A stretch of DNA of 46,434 bases from Clostridiales bacterium (GCA_016281805.1 JAEEJJ010000071.1:1-46434); one strand, 5' to 3'. Numbered from the stretch's first letter, positions 8,244 to 16,925 are shown. The notes: generated by a model not told the origin, from the sequence alone. Translations and numbers: made by a program.

Positions 8244-8851
8244 AGTTTTTTAATTACAAACTTCGCGATCCCTTGGATTCTCATACTGTCAAGCAGCAAT
8301 TCTTTCCCAGGATATCTTTCCTCGTTTTCATAGGCGAGTCTCGCCTGGCCTTTTTTATTTGAGCCTTTATACCTTTTCAACGTATTTGCGCCTTCATCAT
8401 CCATGGCGACGACAATGTCATTTTTTTCAGGGAACTGTATATTTTCTACCACAACAGTATCTCCTTCATCGATGCCGGCATCGACCATAGAGTCCCCTTT
8501 CGCTTTCAGTATGTACATATCTCCTTTTCCGAAAATAGACGAAGGGAGTCTTACATACTCAAGTATCTCGGCTTCCTCAAGCTGCGGATCGCCGCATTTT
8601 ACCGCACCGCAGACAGGCGCTGTGCAGTTGCTGTCCGAAATCATGACAGTCCGCTCTGTATTTATATCTCCCGGGGTGTACCTTATCAGCCCTCGTTCGC
8701 TCATTTCCACAAGATATGCATGAACTGTGCTCTTGGAGAGATTGAGGTCATCGGCAATATATTTAATCGAAGGGCTTGTCCCCTCGTTCATCCAGCAGTA
8801 TTCTATTGTTTTAACAATTTTCTTCATTATATCCTGGCTCTTGTGTCTCAT
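8240..8851 (-). CDS. LexA-like repressor (N-terminal winged HTH plus S24 self-cleaving peptidase domain)
   Basis: The S24 signature is GDSMVDAGIDEGDTVVV (Ser) ... NTLKRY (Lys). The N-terminal HTH is IADDLNLSKSTVHAYLVEMSERGLI. The ATG at 8851 has an AGGAGG RBS, and the longer track ORF (to 9025) runs through the promoter. Confidence 0.8.
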   Translation of the reverse strand: MRHKSQDIMKKIVKTIEYCWMNEGTSPSIKYIADDLNLSKSTVHAYLVEMSERGLIRYTPGDINTERTVMISDSNCTAPVCGAVKCGDPQLEEAEILEYVRLPSSIFGKGDMYILKAKGDSMVDAGIDEGDTVVVENIQFPEKNDIVVAMDDEGANTLKRYKGSNKKGQARLAYENEERYPGKELLLDSMRIQGIAKFVIKKL

Positions 8852-8870
8852 AACTGCCTCCTGGCCTATC

Positions 8871-8925
8871 TCGAACGAACCGTTCGGTTTACAAATATTA
8901 TACTGCGCTTTTTCCCGTTTGTCAA
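8871..8925 (-). promoter_or_regulatory. Consensus sigma-70 promoter plus palindromic operator for the LexA-like operon
   Basis: On the minus strand there is TTGACA (8925-8920), a 17-nt spacer, then TATAAT (8902-8897). The palindrome CGAAC-N-GTTCG (8876-8886, within TCGAACGAACCGTTCGG) follows between the -10 box and the RBS. Confidence 0.7.
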
Positions 8926-8935
8926 TAGTTTTCAT

Positions 8936-8964
8936 CAAAAATGGTGTCGCCTGTAAGCGACACC
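8936..8964 (-). terminator. Rho-independent terminator closing the WYL/dynamin/HerA/nuclease operon
   Basis: GGTGTCGC (8943-8950) pairs with GCGACACC (8957-8964) around a 6-nt loop. On the minus strand the hairpin is followed by ATTTTTGATG. It lies 95 nt downstream of the stop at 9059. Confidence 0.7.
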
Positions 8965-9058
8965 TATGAGGTAATCTACATATTGTGCATTTGAGAGTGC
9001 AATCTTTACAACATATAGTTGTCACCGAGGGATTGCTTCCTTGAAGTGCATTCAGGCA

Positions 9059-9421
9059 TTAAAGTATTATGTCTTGACTTCCTACTTCTTTTAACTTCCC
9101 CTGTTTATATACTACTGCGATACCATGCTCTGCGTCAAATTTATACCTGCACATAATTGCCACTCGACAGTCTCTTTTAACAAAAATGCTCTCCGGTATA
9201 ACATATTTGAAGATGTTTGTTATCTTGTCGGAACCTATCTCTCTCTTGTTCTTTTTCAAACAATACTGCTCGACCGTATCCTTTGATGATTCAATCAAAT
9301 TACGGTTGGCTACAAATTCCTTAAGCGCTTCTTTTTGTTCTTCAATAATCTCTTCTCCAATGTAGCAATCATATACTACCTTTAGGTTGAAATCTCTTCC
9401 CCATATTCTTGTTTTAAACAT
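9059..9421 (-). CDS. Putative cognate immunity protein of the upstream nuclease (120 aa)
   Basis: The ATG at 9421 overlaps the nuclease stop (ATGTTTAA) and has a GGAGGTGG RBS. The product is small and cytoplasmic (MFKTRIWGRDFNLKVVYDCYIGEEIIEEQKEALKEF...). Position and size fit the immunity genes that follow polymorphic-toxin nucleases. Confidence 0.5.
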   Translation of the reverse strand: MFKTRIWGRDFNLKVVYDCYIGEEIIEEQKEALKEFVANRNLIESSKDTVEQYCLKKNKREIGSDKITNIFKYVIPESIFVKRDCRVAIMCRYKFDAEHGIAVVYKQGKLKEVGSQDIIL

Positions 9422-10298
9422 CAAAGCCACCTCCATAATTTGATCCCAGCGCTTTTTTACATTCTGATACTCCACCGGAATGTCCAAAAAAGTCGTGAAT
9501 ATCCCTTGATATCATTTGACAGGTTTTTCGATCAATGCATTCATGCCAAGTCATATTGTGATTCCTCCTGTAATCTGCCACGTCACGCGCTGTCCAATCC
9601 GATCGGCCGTCTTTTTTTGCGTCAGCCCATTTTTGAGCACATTCCGTATCAGCTTTCTCAAAATTTCCAGTTATTCCATCTGATATATTGCTGTATCGAT
9701 TCTCGGTCATGTCAATCTCTACTGTTTCTTCTGCACATTTATCAAAGTTCGGAATTGCGTCCTGATAATCTATGCCCTCGATATCATATTCCGATAATTT
9801 TTCTATGGCTTTTGAACCACTTTCTGTTTCTTGATTAGGCCGATAACAGGATTCACCTCTTATTCCTTCCCATGTTCCTCGATCTCCTCCAACGGGGGTT
9901 TGAGCCAAACGTTCTTTATATGAACTTTGATACCCTTCCTCCAAAACCTCTACATTCCCATTGGAATCAACATAGTATTTCCCGCCGTTTGAAGTAAATT
10001 CTGTTTCTGGTATTAATTCTCCATCCTTCTTAAACGGATTGCCCCTGTCGTCGGTTTCATATGAGTGACCATCTTTGATAAATGTTGATCTAGCCTCCAA
10101 CTGTTGGCCACTCATGTTAGAAATGCCATTGTCAAATGATTCCGAATCGGCCAAGGATTCAATTTCAGATTCAGATTCAGATAACTCCTCAAAAAAGCTT
10201 TGCAAATCCTCAATTACACTAATTGGTATTTGACATTCCTCTATGCTGATAGCCACTTCCTGAGCTGCCTCGATAATCTCCGCAATTGCCTCAATCAT
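9414..10298 (-). CDS. HNH/EndoVII-fold nuclease, GH-E/WHH-like toxin domain at the C-terminus, acidic helical N-terminus
   Basis: The C-terminal pattern is GTWEGIRGESCYRP...IEGIDYQDAIPNFDKCAEETVEIDMTENR...NFEKAD...MTWHECIDRKTCQMISRDIHDFFGHSGGVSE. It matches my memory of the TWHH...H...GH.GG..E signature of GH-E/WHH polymorphic-toxin nucleases. I saw no signal peptide or LXG/WXG region. Confidence 0.6.
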   Translation of the reverse strand: MIEAIAEIIEAAQEVAISIEECQIPISVIEDLQSFFEELSESESEIESLADSESFDNGISNMSGQQLEARSTFIKDGHSYETDDRGNPFKKDGELIPETEFTSNGGKYYVDSNGNVEVLEEGYQSSYKERLAQTPVGGDRGTWEGIRGESCYRPNQETESGSKAIEKLSEYDIEGIDYQDAIPNFDKCAEETVEIDMTENRYSNISDGITGNFEKADTECAQKWADAKKDGRSDWTARDVADYRRNHNMTWHECIDRKTCQMISRDIHDFFGHSGGVSECKKALGSNYGGGFDV

Positions 10299-13170
10299 GC
10301 GTTGTCAGCTCCTTTTTGATGTCTGAAAATTCTTCTGCCTTTAGAAGCGAAAGACCGCTAAAGACGGCAGCAAGATAAGCTGATGCAATCTTTAGCTCCT
10401 TCGGGGTTAATTGCCCACATTCTTTTGTTATTTCTTCTTGAATGCTCTTCAAATAACTCCCGTTCTTATCTTTTTTAACATTGAGGTTTAAGTTTGGATA
10501 CAACAAATAAAACGATTTGGCTTTTTCATCTTCACGGATTGTGTGTCCCTTGAACATTTGGGCCATCATAGTCTTTATTTGTGCCGGAATATTCGTTCTT
10601 CCGATTAACTTCAAATCAACCTTGATGAACTCATTTGGTCTCAAAAGAACGTCGCGCACCATTGTCCTCGCGTCATCTTCATTTGCGAGAAGATTGATGT
10701 CATTAGCAACGATGTATGGCTTCTTTTCGTTATCGGAGAATTCGTAAACTTTACACAATACCGGCTCAATCCAATCGTTTTGATATACTGCAGCGACTCC
10801 AAGTTCAAGTTTGGCCAACTCTTCAATCTGTTCGTCATCTAACCCTGCAGCTTTGCCGGCCAGCTCGCGATCAGATAAATCCGGAAGTCTATGGATGATC
10901 TTAGTATTAGTATTTCGTATTATTGCCATATCGAGCAAGCCCGGAGCTTGATCTGCTATTATAAAGCCTTCACCAAATGCTCTCAGCTCAGCGATTGAAT
11001 TTGTGAGCATTTCCACCGATTTTCCCAGTAAGTTTGCGCCCTCGCTGGTTTGTTCAGTAGAAGTCCTCTTTAATACATTGTGAGCTTCTTCCAATACCGT
11101 AATGTGCTTAAGGAACTTGTTGTCCGGACTGTTGTTGGATAGTCTGTATTCCTGCAACTTCATTACCAAAAGTCCCATGATCAATGATCTTGTTTCGGTT
11201 GATCCTACTCGGCTTAAATCGACAATGACCTTTGAATCAAAGAGCTCGTTATCTGATATTTCATTCGCAGAGAATATTTGTCCGTTTATCCCATTTGTAA
11301 GAGATCGTATCCTTGTAACAAGAGCGCCTGTATAGTCACTCTTATTCTCGGCAGAATAGTCACTGCTATGCAGTACTTGTCTTATCTGGTATAAGACATC
11401 TGTAAATGTGGGGAAAAGTGTGGCTTCAAAACGATTCTCAGACAATCTCATATCCCAGCCTGCCGATTCATATGCTTTAATGACAGCATCTTTAAGAAGG
11501 GCCGGCATTGCGGCATACATCGGCCAGCATACATTAAACAGTTCCACCAAACGGTCAATATGCTCATTGACAGAAATATTATCAGGAAATGAGAACGGAT
11601 TAATCCTTAGAAGATCTGTTATCTTAGGATTGGTTCCATATACTTTTACATCTTCATCGCCGCCGAAAACACTTTTGTACTCGCCTTTTGCAGGTTCGAT
11701 AACAAGAAAAGGTACTTTTGCTTTTTTCAGAATTTGAAAGACTGTATTAGTCTTTCCTGATCCTGTTGAACCTGTGATAAAAACATGAGATGCAAGACTC
11801 TTTTTATCCAGAGATACCGGCGTATTATCTGCCTGTCTCATATGATAAATCTGCCCGATTTCCAGCGGGTCTATTGAGTGATTATCATAGGTGCTAATAT
11901 TCCTGCCGAACCTGGCGCATTTAAATACCGGAAATCCCGGAACGGATTTTTGAGGAAAGCTTAAAGACCTGGCAAGCTCGGCCCCTGAAATCACAGCTGT
12001 GGCAGTAACTCTATTCTCGTTGTTGCCTGGGCTAACAAATACAGGATGACGCAAATACCTTAAATAATCTAGAATAGCGGCTACCTGTTCTTCTGCATCT
12101 AATTCTTGACCATTCCAAATGTTAATCGATGATTGTTCAGCAAAAGAATCTCGTCCCTGTGTCAAAGACATGAACATGTGGGCAACTTCGTTTGTTGTTG
12201 CAAGATCAGGAGAAATAATATATGCAGCAAAACTCCACAAACCCAATGCGGCAGATTCCTCAAGACGTTCCATTTGCTTCTCAATCACATCTAGAGTATG
12301 CTTCACCTTATAGTCGGTAACATCTACTGCTAATCCGGAATCCGTTCCTGTTGTCTTCCCCCAGGAATGTCCTGCAAGTATTAAACTCCAATTCCAGTTC
12401 TTTTGTTTTGCCTCGCTGATTGAAATGCTTCTGGATTCACTCGCATATGGACTGAGAAGAGAATAGTTCTGATAGAGTTTTTCCTTTTCAAATTTTAGTT
12501 TATCATAGTTCAACGCCTCGCCCATAATAACCAGCGTATATTCGGTATCTGTGCTCTTGGGCCTTATACCATCCAGCAGTTTCTCAATTCCTTGCGTTGA
12601 ATAATCTTCGGAGAACTCCGTAGCAATATTTGAGACAATTCCAAGTGAGTTTTTGTGCGCAGATGAATACTTTGAACTAATCTGACTAAGCAGTGAAGAC
12701 CCGGTATCAGAATCGGTATATATTTCTCCGCAAGATGAACCCGGGAAATTCCCCTTGAAAGCATCTTTAAGTCTTTCCGCTTCTTTAATAGTTCTTTCTG
12801 AGCTGCCGCCGGAATTACCAATCGCAAGTCCAATTTCACACACATTTTGCTTCCTGTGTATTACAAGAGCTACGCTACAGCCCGAATTGGCAAGGACATG
12901 ATAAACAGACTTTAAACAATCTGTCATTTGTTCCTTTTCGTTCTCCACAAATTTGGATATTTCAAAATAGGCGACAGAATCCGCGACGCTGTTTTTGTTA
13001 TTATACGGACTTACTCTATATTCCTTGGAAATTTTAGGCAAAAAGGATCTAAAGACCTCATCTGAACACCTATTGATGAATTGATCCAAGCTTTTATTGG
13101 CGGCCTCAATCTCACGAATAGATGGTTCGGTATACGCCTGTATGTTTTCTTCTTTTTTCGGGCCCATCAT
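10291..13170 (-). CDS. HerA/FtsK-superfamily (DUF87-like) P-loop ATPase with a large unassigned N-terminal domain of about 450 aa
   Basis: Walker A is ITGSTGSGKTNT, followed by FLVIEPAKGEY. Walker B is HITVLEEAHNVL (the EEAH typical of HerA/DUF87), and IIADQAPG follows. The ATG overlaps the upstream stop (ATGA) and has an AGGAGG RBS. Confidence 0.7.
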   Translation of the reverse strand: MMGPKKEENIQAYTEPSIREIEAANKSLDQFINRCSDEVFRSFLPKISKEYRVSPYNNKNSVADSVAYFEISKFVENEKEQMTDCLKSVYHVLANSGCSVALVIHRKQNVCEIGLAIGNSGGSSERTIKEAERLKDAFKGNFPGSSCGEIYTDSDTGSSLLSQISSKYSSAHKNSLGIVSNIATEFSEDYSTQGIEKLLDGIRPKSTDTEYTLVIMGEALNYDKLKFEKEKLYQNYSLLSPYASESRSISISEAKQKNWNWSLILAGHSWGKTTGTDSGLAVDVTDYKVKHTLDVIEKQMERLEESAALGLWSFAAYIISPDLATTNEVAHMFMSLTQGRDSFAEQSSINIWNGQELDAEEQVAAILDYLRYLRHPVFVSPGNNENRVTATAVISGAELARSLSFPQKSVPGFPVFKCARFGRNISTYDNHSIDPLEIGQIYHMRQADNTPVSLDKKSLASHVFITGSTGSGKTNTVFQILKKAKVPFLVIEPAKGEYKSVFGGDEDVKVYGTNPKITDLLRINPFSFPDNISVNEHIDRLVELFNVCWPMYAAMPALLKDAVIKAYESAGWDMRLSENRFEATLFPTFTDVLYQIRQVLHSSDYSAENKSDYTGALVTRIRSLTNGINGQIFSANEISDNELFDSKVIVDLSRVGSTETRSLIMGLLVMKLQEYRLSNNSPDNKFLKHITVLEEAHNVLKRTSTEQTSEGANLLGKSVEMLTNSIAELRAFGEGFIIADQAPGLLDMAIIRNTNTKIIHRLPDLSDRELAGKAAGLDDEQIEELAKLELGVAAVYQNDWIEPVLCKVYEFSDNEKKPYIVANDINLLANEDDARTMVRDVLLRPNEFIKVDLKLIGRTNIPAQIKTMMAQMFKGHTIREDEKAKSFYLLYPNLNLNVKKDKNGSYLKSIQEEITKECGQLTPKELKIASAYLAAVFSGLSLLKAEEFSDIKKELTTHD

Positions 13171-13508
13171 GATTTACCTCCTGCAAGAATGACTATTATG
13201 GTTATCAGTGTTGCTGCTAAAGCTACACCTCCGATGATCAGAACAGCTTTTTTTCTCAGAGTGCTCTTTTTATCATATTTTATTTCCGCCATCCTTATCA
13301 AAGACTGTTTGTTGTAAATTCCAATTCTGGCATTTGACAGCAACTCTTCGTAGTACGCTGGATCAGTCCTTTCATTAACATCATATATGACATAGAGATC
13401 GTTAGAATTTTTTTCAATCATATCTAGTCGTTTGAACACTTCTTCACTTGATATGGTACCAGAGTCGATCCTGCTGATTAATCTTAGAATTCTTTCGTCC
13501 TTATTCAT
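13167..13508 (-). CDS. Small tail-anchored membrane protein (113 aa)
   Basis: The ATG at 13508 overlaps the end of the dynamin-like gene by 8 nt (ATGAATAA) and has a GGAGG RBS. One C-terminal hydrophobic helix is present (AVLIIGGVALAATLITIIVILAG). Confidence 0.55.
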   Translation of the reverse strand: MNKDERILRLISRIDSGTISSEEVFKRLDMIEKNSNDLYVIYDVNERTDPAYYEELLSNARIGIYNKQSLIRMAEIKYDKKSTLRKKAVLIIGGVALAATLITIIVILAGGKS

Positions 13509-15867
13509 TTTTTGCCTCCATATCGTTTGGAAGAACACTTCCCAATACGGCTTTAACATTAGACAAATTATTAAGCCGTCTCTCCATATCTTCAATTTTA
13601 ACTATCATCGTTTTAATTTTCTCATCGAGGTCACTCAAAATGGCATTTTCTTTATTCAAAGTGGCGTCAATCGATTTCTTATATTCTATGCTCCAACCTG
13701 CAATTTGTTTGCTGTATTTGATTGCCGGTTCTCTAATACATTGATTGGCAAAAGATCCAATTTTGTTATAGGTTCCCCCTATTGTTTCTTTGAAAATTCT
13801 TGTGTAATTCCGGATAACCCTTTCTTTTGCCCAATCAAAAGGCAACTTCCCTAAGAACGATAATTTGATCCTTTCAAACAAGCCAACTGGGACATCTTTG
13901 AGTTGAGGTCCGCTTGTGTTTTCAGCGAAAATGCTTTCGAGTTCTTTTTGAGCACCATCTGATATCTTATTGTATTCTTCTGTAACGCATTGCTTAACGC
14001 TTTCCATGTAACGTCTAATTAATTCGACATATTTAAGCTCGATTTTGCTTTTAATATCTTTGATATGGGCATCGTAAAGATTAGCTTGACAGTGCTCAGT
14101 CATAGCTTTTTCAAACTTGTCCATGGCATTGTCTTTATCTTTATATTTATCCCAAGTTGCTCTGACTAATGATTCAATTCCTGTGCAATAGTTTTCAAGA
14201 GCAGCATTGAATTCTTTTTTCACGTCCGAGATAACAGCATTAACTGCAGGAAGGGGCACCTCGTCGATTTTCTTTATGAGTTTTGCTCTTACAGCCTGTT
14301 GTTCCTTTTCTTTCTTCTTCTTATCTTTTTCAAGTTGAATCTTTGCTTCTTGAAGTTTTTTGTCGGCAAGTTCCAACGCAGTCAAAAGATACCCTTGGCC
14401 TTTGGTGCATTTTTTGTACTCTGCAAACCTGTATGCGTAATAATTGATTTCTGTTTCCAATGATGGAATACCGCTTGCGAATAATAGTGAGGGAATCGAA
14501 GCTCTCCGCTCATTGGAGATTTTTCTTCCACAAGGTGTTTCATTATATGAAGGAGGCATAAGCTCCGTTAAATCGGTCAACTTTTTTTCATATATCTGTC
14601 TATATGCCTGATCAATCCATTTTCCTTTGTCAATCTTTTTTTCTCCAATGGCTGCAATTGGTGAAACAAACATAATGGTCGGATGATTTAACCATTGTTT
14701 TATTTTTTCAGGCATTTCTTCTGATAATTGCTGTTCAACCAGCAGATCGGCCATTGAAATAGCTATTATACAATTCTGAAGAGAAAATCCGGATTCTTTA
14801 TTTTCCAACAATGTGCGAAGATCATTAGCGTCATTCGAATCTAAAGAGTTTCTTCCCATAACAAAAATCGGGAGAGCGTTAGTCTGTTTATCCATTAGTT
14901 CTTCAAGATTCTGTCTGTGTATTCTTTGAGCTTCATCACCATTATTGCTGCCAGGAGTATCAATGAACACAAATGAGTATCGTTCAGTGTCTAGTTCGGA
15001 GTTTCTGAACGGCACGGATATGGTTACGCTGTCTTTGATTTCTGAAATATGGCTGTTTCCACCTGTTTCTATGTTTAGGTTTTCAATGATTTGATGCAGA
15101 ATCTGTTCCTCGGACTCAAGATGATAAGTCTGATTGAACAGTTCATCGATTAGTACTTCGTCTTCATCTTCATCGCACTGAACAGAATGATTATTTCCAG
15201 TCAGAGAAATGGTATAGTGAGCACCTTTATACTCGAAACTTAAGGAATATGACTGATCATTTCTTATATAAACATTCTTTGCTGTTGTGGAATTGGCATG
15301 GCTTGGAAGGATCTCATAACCGATTAATGCGTTCACAAGTGCAGACTTCCCAACACTATAATTACCAATAACGCATACTGGGATCTCTGCCCTTACAGCA
15401 TCTTGGAATTTTTCAATAGAATGACCAATGATTACCCGTTCATCATCTTTATCTAAATCGTCATTCTCGATATAGTCGATAAATTCACTCTTGATCTTTT
15501 CATATGAATCCCTAATAGTCTGCAATGCATCCGACGATGAGGAATATCTGTCGACTAAATCACAAACAATTCCCTTTGATTTTGGATTCTCACTGTGAGC
15601 AATTGCGGCCTTTAAGACGGTAAAATCTTCTGCCGTCCCCAGAAAATCTATAGTCAGGCTTCCTGAAGTATTGAAATACTTATTTATAATATCAAGAATC
15701 TCTTCAACACAGTTTTCAAAAATGCATCTGTTTCGTTGAAATTTTAGTAATTGTGAATCGGATTCTATCTCTGCCAAGAATGGCTCTTCGGAGCCATCTT
15801 TAGTTAGTTCCTGTCTAAAATGAATTCTGTTCGTGTAAGGATTGTACGATATTTCAATTCTTTTCAT
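13501..15867 (-). CDS. Bacterial dynamin-like GTPase (788 aa from the ATG at 15867)
   Basis: G1 is GNYSVGKSALVNALIG, G3 is FIDTPGSNNG, and G4 is degenerate (ISMAD). A long helical and coiled-coil stalk follows (LQEAKIQLEKDKKKKEKEQQAVRAK). The ATG at 15867 has a GAGGA RBS, and the track alternative is a TTG at 15918 overlapping the WYL gene stop. Confidence 0.75.
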   Translation of the reverse strand: MKRIEISYNPYTNRIHFRQELTKDGSEEPFLAEIESDSQLLKFQRNRCIFENCVEEILDIINKYFNTSGSLTIDFLGTAEDFTVLKAAIAHSENPKSKGIVCDLVDRYSSSSDALQTIRDSYEKIKSEFIDYIENDDLDKDDERVIIGHSIEKFQDAVRAEIPVCVIGNYSVGKSALVNALIGYEILPSHANSTTAKNVYIRNDQSYSLSFEYKGAHYTISLTGNNHSVQCDEDEDEVLIDELFNQTYHLESEEQILHQIIENLNIETGGNSHISEIKDSVTISVPFRNSELDTERYSFVFIDTPGSNNGDEAQRIHRQNLEELMDKQTNALPIFVMGRNSLDSNDANDLRTLLENKESGFSLQNCIIAISMADLLVEQQLSEEMPEKIKQWLNHPTIMFVSPIAAIGEKKIDKGKWIDQAYRQIYEKKLTDLTELMPPSYNETPCGRKISNERRASIPSLLFASGIPSLETEINYYAYRFAEYKKCTKGQGYLLTALELADKKLQEAKIQLEKDKKKKEKEQQAVRAKLIKKIDEVPLPAVNAVISDVKKEFNAALENYCTGIESLVRATWDKYKDKDNAMDKFEKAMTEHCQANLYDAHIKDIKSKIELKYVELIRRYMESVKQCVTEEYNKISDGAQKELESIFAENTSGPQLKDVPVGLFERIKLSFLGKLPFDWAKERVIRNYTRIFKETIGGTYNKIGSFANQCIREPAIKYSKQIAGWSIEYKKSIDATLNKENAILSDLDEKIKTMIVKIEDMERRLNNLSNVKAVLGSVLPNDMEAKNE

Positions 15868-15914
15868 AAGAACATCCTCAATTATTCTTGAAAGTTTTCT
15901 TTTGACCGAACAAG

Positions 15915-16925
15915 TCAAAACGGCAGATCGCTGTCATCCTGTTTCTTTTCGAGAGCGTAATATGCCTTTGTTACGAAATCTACGTACTTGTCTTTTACGT
16001 CTTCCGGACTCTTGATCTTTACCAGCCCGCCAAAGCCAACAATCCAGGAGAACAGAACATTGTTGACGGCAATTTCAACAACGGCCCGGAAGTTCTCCAT
16101 ATCGCAAGCGTATGTAGTGACATCCTCGCCGAAACGGTCGATAATGGCATCCATTACTGAGTTGTTGCATATCAGTTCAACGATCCGTCGCTCGGAGCTG
16201 AACATGTGATACATCGTGTTGATGTACTTATCGAGATCAAATTCTTTCGGCATGGGAATGGCATTTTCTTCAAGGATTTTCGGGTTAGAAACAATCCTGT
16301 CAACCCGATAGTTCATGACCTTTTTGTGCTTTTCATACCATCCGACAATGTAGTAATAGTCTCCATTCCAAACAAGTCTCCACGGACTGAATTTGTACCA
16401 GTATCCGTCAAATCGTGGTTTGCGTTCCTTTTTGACATTGTACTCGAAATACTGGAAGGTAATCTGCTTCTTCTGGGTAATCGCTTCATTTATAGCGTCA
16501 ATGATGCCCATGATTTTCTTGTTTGAGCCCTTAATTCTGCGTTCAACAGAAACATTACGTGTCATTCGTTCTGCCGCATTTTGACCTGCAAGCTTGCTGA
16601 TTTTTTCTATCAGCTTTTTGCTTTGGCTTGCCGGAATAAACCGTGCTGAAGCAACGGCATCGATCATAAGACGAAGCTCTGAGTCAAGAAAGTAACGATC
16701 AAGAACATTGTACTTATTTTGCGTTGATTTCACGCATTGGATATCCATGCCTAGACTCTTGAGCATCTCGATATCATAACCTACCGTCGTTCTGTGAGTC
16801 GGCATTTTGTACTCGTCTTCAAGGATCTTCACAAGTTGAGCCGTAGTCAAACTATGCTCGTAATCGGTTCGCTCGTATAGTATTTTAGCCAGTATCCAAG
16901 GACGAAGTTTAGCATCGTTATCCAT
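15915..16925 (-). CDS. WYL-domain transcriptional regulator (wHTH plus WYL plus C-terminal extension; BrxR/CapW-like architecture)
   Basis: The N-terminal wHTH is LTTAQLVKILEDEYKMPTHRTTVGYDIEMLKSLG. The central WYL-type motif is FSPWRLVWNGDYYYIVGWYEKHKKVMNYRVDRI. It is the first gene of the operon. Confidence 0.8.
   Translation of the reverse strand: MDNDAKLRPWILAKILYERTDYEHSLTTAQLVKILEDEYKMPTHRTTVGYDIEMLKSLGMDIQCVKSTQNKYNVLDRYFLDSELRLMIDAVASARFIPASQSKKLIEKISKLAGQNAAERMTRNVSVERRIKGSNKKIMGIIDAINEAITQKKQITFQYFEYNVKKERKPRFDGYWYKFSPWRLVWNGDYYYIVGWYEKHKKVMNYRVDRIVSNPKILEENAIPMPKEFDLDKYINTMYHMFSSERRIVELICNNSVMDAIIDRFGEDVTTYACDMENFRAVVEIAVNNVLFSWIVGFGGLVKIKSPEDVKDKYVDFVTKAYYALEKKQDDSDLPF

Noticed and set aside
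8871-8887. Canonical Firmicutes LexA (Cheo) box upstream of the LexA-like gene
   Set aside because: The site reads CGAAC-N1-GTTCG (or GAAC-N5-GTTC), not the CGAAC-N4-GTTCG spacing. I treat it as an element-specific operator candidate.
8952-8964. The 13-nt inverted match (8952-8964 versus 32868-32880) as terminal inverted repeats of a transposon carrying the defence island
   Set aside because: By my rough estimate, exact 13-mers are expected by chance many times in a 46-kb window on two strands. No transposase or target-site duplication is visible, so I kept it only as a low-interest motif observation.
10150-10190. Short tandem TTCAGA repeats and other A/T-rich runs (for example 14300-14340) as possible repeat elements
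   Set aside because: They fall inside coding regions and simply encode Ser/Glu or Lys/Glu low-complexity stretches.
9414-13170. Reading the ATPase plus nuclease plus immunity genes as a type VII secretion (EssC plus LXG toxin) locus
   Set aside because: The ATPase has a single HerA-type P-loop module, with no FHA domains, TM segments or triple FtsK repeats. The toxin lacks an LXG/WXG region, and no EsxA/EssA/EssB-like genes are present.
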